Shown here piece by piece: positions 12,836-24,672 of a DNA stretch of 64,000 bases. The stretch comes from Macrostomum lignano. Its lineage: Eukaryota. The notes below the pieces were generated by a model that had not been told where the DNA came from, did no database searches, and saw only the letters and a program-made list of their open reading frames with translations. The stretch lies in NCBI GenBank assembly GCA_002269645.1, contig NIVC01002694.1, forward strand, positions 1 through 64,000, given 5' to 3'. Every line of letters starts with the position of its first letter. Within the stretch, counting starts at the first letter, position 1. A program made the translations under genes and the position numbers.

Positions 12836-14447
12836 TCCGATGAAAACGTCACCCAGGCCAAGAAGCGTTTCAGAGTCACAATTGCAGGTCACACAGGTAA
12901 AATATTTAAGAAGTGACTCTAGAAGACTCTAAAACAAGGAGATGCCACGGTACAAGTCGTCAAGGAGTCGCCTAAGAGTCAATTTGAGGCGTTTTATTAT
13001 TGTCTGCAACTCTGGGGCCGTAAAGTCCTATCTGAGGCGTGCTGAAGTCTCTGCAGAATCACTGAGTTGCGTCTATAGCGCGTCTGCGTCACTCTATAAA
13101 TTAGCCTACCTTGAGTTAGTAAAAAGTTAAGCGCTAACACTCATGGAATCTGGAACGACTTCTTTCGTGACTCTTTAACGATTCTGCAACTCACGTGATG
13201 CGCTCACGTGACTTGAGTCACTCATGGAATTACTAACTTGAGTTAGTAAAAAGTTAAGCGCTAACACTCATGGAAACTGGAACGACTTCTTTCGGGACTC
13301 TTTAACGATTCTGCAACTCACGTGATGCGCTCACGTGACTTGAGTCACTCATGGAATTACTAACTTGAGTTAGTAAAAAGTTAAGCGCTAACACTCATGG
13401 AATCTGGAACGACTTCTTTCGTGACTCTAACGATTCTGCAACTCACGTGATGCGCTCACGTGACTTGAGTCACTCATGGAATTACTAACTTGAGTTAGTA
13501 AAAAGTTAAGCGCTAACACTCATGGAATCTGGAACGACTTCTTTCGTGACTCTAACGATTCTGCAACTCACGTGATGCGCTCACGTGACTTGAGTCACTC
13601 ATGGAATTACTAACTTGAGTTAGTAAAAAGTTAAGCGCTAACACTCATGGAATCTGGAACGACTTCTTTCGTGACTCTAACGATTCTGCAACTCACGTGA
13701 TGCGCTCACGTGACTTGAGTCACTCATGGAATTACTACCTTGAGTTAGTAAAAAGTTAAGCGCTAACACTCATGGAATCTGGAACGACTTCTTTCGTGAC
13801 TCTAACGATTCTGCAACTCACGTGATGCGCTCACGTGACTTGAGTCACTCATGGAATTACTACCTTGAGTTAGTAAAAAGTTAAGCGCTAACACTCATGG
13901 AATCTGGAACGACTTCTTTCGTGACTCTTTAACGATTCTGCAACTCACGTGATGCGCTCACGTGACTTGAGTCACTCATGGAATTACTAACTTGAGTTAG
14001 TAAAAAGTTAAGCGCTAACACTCATAGAAACTGGAACGACTTCTTTCGTGACTCTTTAACGATTCTGCAACTCACGTGATGCGCTCACGTGACTTGAGTC
14101 ACTCATGGAATTACTAACTTGAGTTAGTAAAAAGTTAAGCGCTAACACTCATGGAATCTGGAACGACTTCTTTCGGGACTCTTTAACGATTCTGCAACTC
14201 ACGTGATGCGCTCACGTGACTTGAGTCACTCATGGAATTACTAACTTGAGTTAGTAAAAAGTTAAGCGCTAACACTCATGGAATCTGGAACGACTTCTTT
14301 CGTGACTCTTTAACGATTCTGCAACTCACGTGATGCGCTCGTGACTCAACAGTCGCCTCCCCGTCGCATTACAGTCGCTTAGAGTCGCTAATGAGTTCTT
14401 TGCAGTGACTATTTAGCGATTCTTGTCACGGTAAGGTTTTCAACGGG
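12836..14447. mobile_element. Putative non-autonomous TIR element carrying the 127-bp array
   Basis: Imperfect inverted termini CCGATGAAAACGTCACC (12837) vs reverse complement CCGTTGAAAACCTTACC (ends 14446), 14/17 identical; TCT on both sides (12833-35, 14448-50) as a possible 3-bp TSD. Confidence 0.35.
13105..14342. repeat. ~125-127-bp tandem repeat, ~10 units
   Basis: TTGAGTTAGTAAAAAG at 13111, 13238 and onward; each unit contains CTCACGTGATGCGCTCACGTGA and TTGAGTCA. Confidence 0.96.
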
Positions 14448-15482
14448 TCTGACTTGCATTGGACCCGTATATTCTAATATTAGTTTGTTCTAATAAAATT
14501 GTAGACTAGTACAAATAACTACTTAAAACTATATTATTATTATTTAATTACATATAAATAACAGGGGAAGCAGATGACAGTTGAAAGACGAATTATTAAT
14601 TATACTTGCTAAAAATTAATATTGTGTTAAATATAAGTGCGACAGAGACTGGGTGTTAACTAAAAAATCTTCAATTTTAGGATTCAATTCCGATAATGAA
14701 GATTGCGCTAGATCTGGTGCAGACAGTGACTAACAGTTATAAGTTGCTCGCTATTTTGGGTGGATATTTATTTAAACCTCGAAATTTAGAAATCCATGAA
14801 AAATAGGAAAATCCGTGGAAAGGGAAATTTTGAATTCACGCAAATGAACAGAAAATAATATACTTCAAAATGAAATGCCAAAAATTGAATGAAACACAAT
14901 GCGCCGGAAATCTGCACAGACACAAGCGTGGATGTTGAGTTATAATATTATAAATGTTAATATTAATAAGTCTTGAAAAAATATAACTCAAGGTAAAAAA
15001 ATATATAAATCATATATAAGATAGATAATACATATTACCGCCAAAGTTTTTCCATTCATCTATCGATGTTAAGATATAGAAATTCATTGCACACACAGAA
15101 TAAATATATACATACACGAGGTATGCCACTGGTTATCTATCTACACAGCAATTACTATAATCAGTAATAAACAACAAACTAATATTGCACAAACTACAGA
15201 CTATATGGTAACAATAAGAATTACAAAAGAGATTGCTTATTTCATGCAATTATACAGTTTGATGTCAAAGTGTGACTAATCTCCGCGTTGGGCACTGGGC
15301 AGAGTCAGAGTACACAGACAGACTGAGAATGCAATAAATTTAGTAGATCCTGACAGGTCTCACACAGGAAAAAGCAGGTCGAAAAACAGGAAAATATATT
15401 CGAAAAACTTTTGCTAAATTAGCAAGATCTGAAGAGTGCTTCTAAAAACAATAACGGACTTATGAGAGAATGATACACGAAC

Positions 15483-16016
15483 AATATCATATCTGACAGT
15501 CTGACACTGACAGATAGGCCAAATCGGACAGTCTGACACACTGACAGTGTATCTGACAGTCTGACACACTGACAACAAAGCTGACACACTGACAAGAATA
15601 TCATGACCTCAACCATTGACCATGATTATCCATGGTATCCATGTTTGAATACCATGACCTGAAATTTAAACACACTGACAAGAAAAGCAGATCTGACAGT
15701 CTGCCACACTGACAAGAATACCGGATCTGACAGTCTGCCACACTGACAAGAATACCCGATCTGACGGTCTGACACACTGACAAGAATACCGGATCTGACA
15801 GTCTGCCACACTGACAAGAAAAGCAGTTTTGACAGTCTGACACACTGACAAGAATACAGGACCTGACAGTCTGACACACTGACAAGAATACCGGATCTGA
15901 CAGTCTGACACACTGACAAGAATACCGGATCTGACAGTCTGACACTGACAAGAATACCGGATCTGACAGTCTGCCACACTGACAAGAATCTCGGACCTGA
16001 CAGTCTGACACACTGA
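15483..16016. repeat. ~34-bp minisatellite (SNRK 3' flank/UTR)
   Basis: Unit GACAGTCTGACACACTGACAAGAATACCGGATCT. Confidence 0.9.
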
Positions 16017-16059
16017 TAAAAATAGCATGACCTGAAAGTCCTGACCATTAGCGGTCACA

Positions 16060-16700
16060 CTAGCTCACGCTGCAACACGAGACGCGAAATTTCGAGGAAG
16101 ATTTTCGACCACCGCCGCCCCCGCCGCTGCCGTCACCGCCGCGACGCAACGACAACAGGTGCCGATGCCGTTGCTGATGCCGCCGCCGATGCTGCCTCGG
16201 TTGCAACTGCTGCTGACTGTCGTCGGCAACTTGATCGGCAGCTCCTACAGTCGATAACGACGCAACGTCGGCGTTAGAGGTTGCCGTAGAGACCGGAGCG
16301 GTAGCAGCCGCTATGGAAACAACAGCGGATGTTGGGGCGGGGACGGCAGCAGCTGCTGTGGATGCTGCGGCAGAAGAAGCAACAGCAGAAGCAGACGCGG
16401 CAGCAGCTTTTGCTCGCGCCAGTCTCAGATCGCGCATCAGCAATTCAACCCGATGCGAGGACAGCGAACGGAGGCTCGACGAAGCTGCCGACGAGTTCAA
16501 CGAGAAGCTGCTGTCTCTGGCATTTGCTGACGAGCACTGGCGACCGTCCGATTGACGACGTCTGGATTGTCTGGCCGAGGACGAGGCGGACACCGACTGG
16601 ACTTGGCCGAATGCGCCGCCGGCGCTGACTGCAACGGTCGTGTTGTTTTTCGATGACTGAATTGTTTTTTTTGACAAATCTCTGCCATGTTCACAACAGC
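16060..16700 (-). CDS. SNRK: SNRK exon 4 (terminal; low-complexity tail ending SCCSVS*)
   Basis: Open frame 16700-16060, Ala/Ser/Gln rich, ending SCCSVS-stop, similar to the SCC-ending C-terminus recalled for vertebrate SNRK. The TAG acceptor at 16703-16701 is phase-compatible with exon 3; a stronger CAG 10 nt upstream is not. Confidence 0.65.
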
Positions 16701-16842
16701 CTACTTGTAGCTGTGAATAGAAAAATAAGTAGAGTATTCAGCGTACTATTTTTAGCAGCTTACCTAGAAAATGCTATAGCGTCTTTTGACCACTGAAGGT
16801 TCGATATTGGTTTTTTTTATTCTGATCAATCAATTCAATAAA

Positions 16843-16921
16843 TGTGTCTGTTTGTCTGTCTGTCTGTTTTAGTGTTTTAGTGTCTGTCTGTCTACGAGTA
16901 TCTGTCTGTGTCTGTCTGTCG

Positions 16922-16952
<31 letters not shown>

Positions 16953-17048
16953 CTCTATCTGTCTGTCTGTCTATCTGTCTGCCTGTCTGTCTGTCTGTCT
17001 GTATGTCTGTCTGTCTGTCTCTCTGTCCTCTATCTGTCTGTCTGTCTA

Positions 17049-17114
<66 letters not shown>
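16843..17114. repeat. (TCTG)n microsatellite in SNRK intron 3
   Basis: TCTG tetramer run between exons 3 and 4. Confidence 0.95.
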
Positions 17115-17142
17115 AATCCATCAATCCGTCTCCACCGCTCAC

Positions 17143-17876
17143 CAATAGGCGATTCAGTGTCGCCAACAGCTGCGGAAGCCTCCAAGGAGGCTGGCGGCTC
17201 GTCCAGTTCGCGAATGGGACAGCAGACAACGGCTGCCAGACTGCCGCCAATATTATGATCAGACGACACCGCGTCGGCAATGAAACCAGGATTGTCTGGC
17301 GATTCATAGCAACAGCCAAAGCCGCCGCAGGCGAGCTCGCCCAGGCTGTACTCGCTCAACGGTCGGCTTGGCGAATCCGACGATTCCGAGCTACTTCCGG
17401 CCCGACTTCCGGCGCTGGATTTCCTACCGACGATGGCCGCTGCTCCGCCGACGCCGGATCGCTTAGTGAGGTGGTGATGATGGTGTAACCGGAATGAGCC
17501 GCCACCAGAGCCTAGCAGAGCCAACTGATGCTGCTGCAATTGAAGGCTCAATTGATGCTGCTGCTGCTGTAGCTGAGCCTGCTGTTGCTGCTGCTGCTGC
17601 GAATTCTCGTCTAAACTGGCTGCCATTGCTTTTAGTAGCAGCTGAGGCGACGAGCGAACCGAGACTAACGATCGGTGCCGAGCGCTGCTGGACCTGGACC
17701 GGCCTTCAAGCACCACCGCGGCGGCTGGGGTGGCAGATCCGCCGCCAGAGAATGTTGCAGACATTGCTCCTGGCAGTGCAGCACCAGACTCTTCTGCTAG
17801 GGAAGCTAAGCCAATGTCTTCTTCTTCGATTATCATTGAGAATCGTCTGAGTTTCTCTTCGACGCTTAGGGATGCG
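17143..17876 (-). CDS. SNRK: SNRK exon 3
   Basis: Acceptor CTGCAG|C at 17877 and donor G|GTGAGC at 17142. Phase 2 joins exon 2 (TG+C=Cys); reads ASLSVEEKLRRFSMIIEEED...polyQ...polyH. Confidence 0.75.
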
Positions 17877-17904
17877 CTGCAGGTGGGTTGATGTGTTCGT
17901 ATTA

Positions 17905-18158
17905 CATCTGGGGATTCTATTGAGGATCTGGGATTTTATTGAAGATCTGGGGATTCTATTGAGGATCTGGGGATTTTATTGAGGATCTGGGAATTCTATT
18001 GAGGATCTGGGATTTTATTGAGGATCTGGGGATTCTATTGAGGATCTGGGGATTTTATTGAGGATCTGGGGATTCTATTGAGGATCTGGGGATTTTATTG
18101 AGGATCTGGGGATTCTATTGAGGATCTGGGGATTATTGAGGATCTGGGGAATCTATTG
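17905..18158. repeat. 20-bp minisatellite in SNRK intron 2
   Basis: Unit ATCTGGGGATTCTATTGAGG. Confidence 0.93.
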
Positions 18159-18255
18159 TTTAAATCTGTTAAAGTGTTTAAATCCTAAAGATAAGGGTTT
18201 AAGATTAAGATTAAAACAATAAAGGTAATAATTAGTGACAATTCAAACAACTAAC

Positions 18256-18814
18256 CATGAGGACTGCCGACTACTGCCGCCTGCGCCCCCTGCTGCCGCC
18301 GCCGCCCCCGCAGTCTCCGGGATGCTCTCCAGCTCGGCAGACTGCCCCCTGCTGGGTGGCCGGCCCCCACCCGAGCTGCCAATAGACAGTCGGTGCCGTT
18401 CGAGTCGTGCCCGCCGCATGAGTCGCTCGGCTAGCAGGTAATAAGTAGCAGTCACGTGACTATAATCGTCTCTACCCAGAGCGGCTAAAATCTCGTCGCG
18501 AGTAGCTAAACCGCCTTCGACCATTTTGTCAACAACTTCCAATTGATCTTCGGGCGAAACCTCGTTGGCGCAGACTAGCGGAGTGCCGCAGGACAGCGTG
18601 GGCAGGCCGCAGAGCCATTCGTCCTCGAGGATGGAGTCAAGAGTAGGCCGTCGGGTTGGATCGCGTTGAAGCAGGCGCTCTATTAAACGTCGGCAGGGTA
18701 AAGAGACGTGACGAGGCACTCGGTAGCGAACGTCCATGATGCGGGCTAGAGTCTCTGAGTCGTTCTGCTCTTGAAACGGCAGCTTGCCAGTGGCTAGCAT
18801 GAATAGGATGACAC
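18256..18814 (-). CDS. SNRK: SNRK exon 2 (kinase C-lobe and UBA-like domain)
   Basis: Acceptor CCAG|GT at 18815 completes G-V-I-L-F-M-L-A-T-G-K-L-P-F-Q-E-Q-N-D-S-E-T-L; ILAALGRDDYSHVTATYYLLAER is UBA-like; donor TG|GTTAGT at 18255. Confidence 0.9.
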
Positions 18815-18863
18815 CTGGCCGAGGTAATTTGGTGAGAAATTTATTGTAGTGTTTTTTATAAAG

Positions 18864-20354
18864 ACTGGTTCCCTCAGGACCCATGTGTGATTGTCTGGTT
18901 CCTTCAGGACCAGTATGTGATTGTCTGGTTCCTTCAGGACCAGTGTGTGATTTTCTGGTTCCCTCAGGACCAGTGTGTGATTGTCTGGTTCCTTCAGGAC
19001 CAGTATGTGATTGTCTGGTTCCTTCAGGACCAGTGTGTGATTTTCTGGTTCCTTCAGGATCAGTGTGTGATTGTCTGGTTCCTTCAGGATCAGTGTGTGA
19101 TTGTCTGGTTCCCTCAGGACCCATGTGTGATTTTCTGGTTCCTTCAGGATCAGTGTGTGATTGTCTGGTTCCTTCAGGACCAGTGTGTGATTGTCTGGTT
19201 CCTTCAGGACCAGTGTGTGATTGTCTGGTTCCCTCAGGACCCATGTGTGATTTTCTGGTTCCTTCAGGATCAGTGTGTGATTGTCTGGTTCCTTCAGGAC
19301 CCATGTGTGATTTTCTGGTTCCTTCAGGACCCATGTGTGATTGTCTGGTTCCTTCAGGACCCATGTGTGATTTTCTGGTTCCTTCAGGACCCATGTGTGA
19401 TTGTCTGGTTCCTTCAGGACCAGTGTGCGATTTTCTGGTTCCTTCAGTACCAGTGTGTGATTGTCTGGTTCCCTCAGGACCCATGTGTGATTGTCTGGTT
19501 CCCATCAGGACCCATGTGTGATTTTCTGGTTCCTTCAGGACCAGTGTGTGATTGTCTGGTTCCTTCAGGACCAGTGTGTGATTGTCTGGTTCCTTCAGGA
19601 CCAGTGTGTGATTGTCTGGTTCCCTCAGGACCCATGTGTGATTTTCTGGTTCCTTCAGGATCAGTGTGTGATTGTCTGGTTCCTTCAGGACCCATGTGTG
19701 ATTTTCTGGTTCCTTCAGGACCCATGTGTGATTGTCTGGTTCCTTCAGGACCCATGTGTGATTTTCTGGTTCCTTCAGGACCCATGTGTGATTGTCTGGT
19801 TCCTTCAGGACCAGTGTGCGATTTTCTGGTTCCTTCAGTACCAGTGTGTGATTGTCTGGTTCCCTCAGGACCCATGTGTGATTGTCTGGTTCCCATCAGG
19901 ACCCATGTGTGATTTTCTGGTTCCTTCAGGACCAGTGTGTGATTGTCTGGTTCCTTCAGGACCAGTGTGTGATTGTCTGGTTCCTTCAGGATCAGTGTGT
20001 GATTGTCTGGTTCCCTCAGGACCCATGTGTGATTTTCTGGTTCCTTCAGGATCAGTGTGTGATTGTCTGGTTCCCATCAGGACCCATGTGTGATTTTCTG
20101 GTTCCTTCAGGACCCATGTGTGATTTTCTGGTTCCTTCAGGACCCATGTGTGATTTTCTGGTTCCTTCAGGACCCATGTGTGATTGTCTGGTTCCTTCAG
20201 GACCAGTGTGCGATTTTCTGGTTCCTTCAGTACCAGTGTGTGATTGTCTGGTTCCCTCAGGACCCATGTGTGATTGTCTGGTTCCTTCAGGACCAGTGTG
20301 TGATTGTCTGGTTCCCCCAGGACCCATGTGTGATTGTCTGGTTCCTTCAGGACC
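18864..20354. repeat. 30-bp minisatellite filling SNRK intron 1 (~50 units)
   Basis: Unit CTGGTTCCTTCAGGACCAGTGTGTGATTGT; produces the HTGPEGTRQS / CDCLVPSGPV pseudo-ORFs. Confidence 0.97.
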
Positions 20355-20552
20355 TCAAATGTGATTATCTATAGGATTATCTTTAGGAACCAATCGTGGT
20401 TGTTTAGTTGCCTCAGATTTGATAATTATCTAAGTTGCTTCAGGCGTGATTGATTGCTTTATTCAGGTGCATAGCATTATTTTCATTTGGCCCATCCTGG
20501 TAACCCTTCTTGCAGCCTTAATAGTACTACTGATAGCAGAATGGAGACCCAC

Positions 20553-21195
20553 CAAGCGACCAGACGTCAACCTTAGTAGCATCGTACGAATCGCCGAGAA
20601 GAATCTCAGGCGCGGAATAGGCCAAACTGCCGCAAGATGTTTCCAAGAATTTACCAGGCGTAAACACGTTGGAGAAGCCGAAATCGGTCAGTTTAACTAG
20701 GCCTTGCTTCTCAAACACGACGCAGTTTTCTAATTTTAAATCTCGGTGACAAACGTGCAATTTGTGACAATAGGCAATAGCTGTGACAATCTGATGAAAG
20801 AAACTCTTAGCCATTGATTCTTTAAGGCCGCGTTCGTGCTTCAAGATGTAATCGTACAGATCGCCTCCATCGCCTAATTCCAGGATTAGATACAGTCGAT
20901 TTGCAGTGTCAATCACTTCGTAAAGCCTTACAACATTGGGATGCTGGACTAGTTTCATGCACATCACCTCTTGGAATAGGTGTTCCCTACTAACAGCGTC
21001 TAATTTGCTTTTGTCAATTACTTTCACGGCTACCTGTTCGCCAGTAAATGTGTGTTTAGCAAGTTTAACAACTGCAAAATGGCCTCGACCGATGGTATGC
21101 TCAAGATCATATTGACCGGCTATGGTGGAATCAATTGAAAAGTGTCGCTGTACATGCTGCTGTTGTTGCAGCTGGTGCTGCTGCTGCTGTGCCAT
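20553..21195 (-). CDS. SNRK: SNRK exon 1 (SNF-related Ser/Thr kinase, subdomains I-IX)
   Basis: [81 protein letters not shown] and [17 protein letters not shown] closely match SNRK. Donor G|GTGGGT at 20552 is phase 1, matching exon 2. Start taken at MAQQQ (21195). Confidence 0.93.
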
Positions 21196-21840
21196 TGATG
21201 GAATTTGCCAACTGTTAATTGCCAGACAACGTTCATATGGTTTGGCGTGCAAATGGAATAGGATGGAGTTCACAAATTGAATCGAATATTCAAGTGCTGA
21301 TGCCAATTTAATGATGACAGTGGTCTAGAAGAATGCCCAATATTGTAGCATATCAACAGCATAAAGAAATAATTCATCTCAAGTTCAATAATCTTAAAAT
21401 GAAAACCAATGACTAAATATAAATCTTATTAAGGTGCACAAACAACATTAAGAGTACAAGTTTAGCTTTCAGCAGTCTCATAAAACTTTCAGTTTGTTTA
21501 CAATTTTTGGTTTGCTAATATACAATACAGTTTTTTGTCTACTACAAAATATGAAATAAAATATTAGTAATTAATATAAATATAAATATATGTGTATATA
21601 TATTACAAGTATATATCTATATATCTTTAGTCATTTAGTTTTTATTATTTTATACTTGAGATACTGATAAAATAGCAAACTCATTATGTAACAATAGTGA
21701 TAGCTAATTATGTTAGAAGTATGAGTATATCTTCCATATCCATCCATCCAATCCATCCACCATCCACCAATGCATCCACTATCCACTTATCAAGTGCAAT
21801 AATCCACTATCCACCAAAAAAATATACCAAAAATGGTCTG

Positions 21841-21842
<2 letters not shown>

Positions 21843-21873
<31 letters not shown>
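21843..21873. repeat. (TG)n microsatellite
   Basis: Pure TG run. Confidence 0.95.
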
Positions 21874-21875
<2 letters not shown>

Positions 21876-22504
21876 TCAATTTAAGCAAAAATGGCTCAAC
21901 TGATTTTCTTCGAACTTGCAATGCTCAATCAGAAATTTTTCCTTGACAGTACATGTATTGTGGCTAAGAAGTTGCTTGATGCTAAAGGGATTAAATATTT
22001 GAAAAACATGCTTTTTTGCAAAGGTCAAGCAGCTCTTTTCAATTTAAAATGCATTCTAAGAATGCTGAATAAAAAACTGACTGGATGAATTTTGATTCTA
22101 AAATAGATTGCATCAAAATAGGCTTTTTATTTACCAATTGTGTATTGGCAGAATTTTGACACTGAATTGAATTGCATCACAGCATTGAAAATGCAATGTG
22201 GAAGCATACTACAATACTTGATTTATATTGTATAACCATATTGTTAACTTTCATAGAGACTAGTACTGAATTGCCTAAGAAATTTATTATGTCATAAGTG
22301 CTTCTTGTGACTTTTACTCTAACTGACTTGGTGTGAGTGTTTAATTATAAGTACTACAAATTCACTTATAACTTTGATGACAGCTAGCCTAGAGGTGAAC
22401 AGGCTGGGCTGCTAATGTAGTAACCGGAGTTCAAACTTTAGTAATGTAATAAAAGTAGTATAATTTTTTATTGAAGTCTTTTATTAAAGGACTAATTAAA
22501 AAGA

Positions 22505-23330
22505 CCTAGATTACTGCGCTTGATAAACCAAGGATTATTGGACTCAATAAACCAAGGATTACTGCACTTGATAAACCAAGGATTACTGCACTTAATAGAG
22601 CAAGGATTATTGCACTAGCTTAGAAATGGACTATGCACTAGCTAAGACATCAATTTTGCACTTGATAAGTTAAGGATTATTGCATTAGATAATAAAATGA
22701 TTATTGCACTAGCTAAAAAGCAGATTATTGTGCTGGAATAAAAAGAGATTATTGTGCTAGCTAAGACATGGATTATTGCACAACCTGAGAAAGAAATTAT
22801 TGCATTAGTGGAGGAAATATTGTCACTAACTACTTCTATCTGGTGAATGCTTGCTATCTAAGGATGCTTACTATTGGGCGATGCTTGCTCTCAACGGGGG
22901 TACTTGCTATTTGGGAGAGGGGTATACTGGCTACACATGTATCTACATGTATGGGATTTTTCTATCTAGGGCTGCTTGCTTTTTAGAGATTATTGCTATC
23001 TACAGGATGCTTGTTATCTGGGTAGATGCTTGCTATTTATATGACACTTGATATCTAGGGGATGCTTGCTATCTGGGTGATGGTTGCTATTTGGAGGATG
23101 CTTGCTATCTGAGAGAATGCTTGTTTTCTGGGGGATAGTTGCTATCTGAGGGGATCGTTGCTATCTGGGGGATGGTTGCTATCTGAGGGGATGCTTGCTA
23201 TTTGGGGGATGCTTGCTATCTAGGGGGATGCTTGTTATCTGGGGGGATGCTTGCTATCTGGGGGATGCTTGCTATCTGGGGGGATACTTGCCCCCCCCCT
23301 GGGGGATCTAAGGGATGTTTTCTATTTAGG
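22505..23330. repeat. Two adjacent degenerate minisatellites (~25-bp GGATTATTGCAC type; ~19-bp GGGGATGCTTGCTATCT type)
   Basis: Recurrent motifs at 22505-22800 and 22845-23330. Confidence 0.75.
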
Positions 23331-24672
23331 GAGAATGTTTGTTATCTTTGTGAAAACTTTATTTTATTGTCTTTCTGTTAAGTTTAGGAAAAAAAGAAAG
23401 AGATTAATAGTAAACATCTTTGTCCGTGACAATTGTACTCAAATAAGGTGATTTATAAAACTGAAGAAGAACTGGTTCTTAAGAAATGTGCTTTTTTAAT
23501 TATTTTTCATGAATAATGTTTGCTCCTTCTTTATTGCCCACCCTGAGGGGATACTAAATTGCTAGTCCTAGATACTAATTCTTTAGTTTATACGTTGGAC
23601 TTTGGAATAAGAACAGCAATATTTAACATCATGAAAAGACCAAGGCTCCATTAAAATTAAATAATTTATCAAATATATTGTTTGGAAGATAGTTAAAACT
23701 AAAATTTTCTTTTTATTAGTATGTTTAAATCTTATATAGCATATATTATGTTTCTCTAAAATATTGTTTTGAATGATGATTTTGAAAATCAATGAAAGTA
23801 CAGTGTTAGGTGGTGGGGCTAGGTGGGCAAGAGGATGGGGGGTGGGAGGGTTGGGGCTTTTGGGGGCAGAGTGGTGAGCGGTAGAGGGGGGTAAGTGACA
23901 GCGGAGTTGAGGTTTGGTGCATGGTTTGAAATTACAGGGGAATCCATTGTGACTGGAAAGAAAAAGACTGAAGAATTTAATTAGGCGTTGGATTTGAAAG
24001 TTGAAATGGACATAGAATGAAGAAGAAAATGTGAACGCACCAATTTTAAATATTTCAATAAACAGATGAATGAATCCAATATGCGTCAATCAATCAATCA
24101 AGTATAAATCAATAAGGCGCACTATATTCCAGTTCAATCACAGTTTATCATAATCCAGGATTCCAGAAACAATCAAACGAAGCGGACAGACTGGGCAAAT
24201 GCGCGAAATGATCAAAACTTGCAAGCAAGAGAATATAGCTAACTAACTTAGCTAACCATAGATTAAAGAGTTAACATTCTGCCTTAGATTGTTGCTTGCG
24301 TGCGCGCACATTTTTATCAGTTAGTGGGCTACCTCCCATGCTTTCTATTTTGATACCAACAAGCTAAATATAAATGGGGGATGATCCTAGACAGTATACA
24401 AGTGACCTTGTCATCGGCTAATAGTAAGCTGCAAAAACCAACCCCCATAATACAAGCCAATAGATGTGTAAAATGGATGCTAAAATTGGCGAGCATGGTA
24501 TATCATAGGGTCTCTACATTTTAGGAACAAAATTACATAAACATTCTTTTACAATAACTCTATGACTTATATTGCCTAATTATAGACTTTTTGAATATAA
24601 TTAAATTATAAAAAATGTGCATTGAAGCATCATTTTTGACATTGAAATATAGGTTAAACTGTTTAGAACCTA

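Noticed and set aside
9825-14342. Regular repeats as possible CRISPR arrays
   Set aside because: Units are head-to-tail with no unique spacers, there are no cas genes, and the context is eukaryotic.
18243-19505. 420-aa ORF fusing an HTGPEGTRQS repeat to a kinase C-lobe
   Set aside because: The repeat is intron 1; canonical splice sites at 20552 and 18815 join the kinase halves in phase.
23462-23490. CTGAAGA-AGAAC/GTTCT-TAAGAAA as a hammerhead
   Set aside because: 2-nt loop, extra bases before GAAA, and no helix I/III or NUH site.
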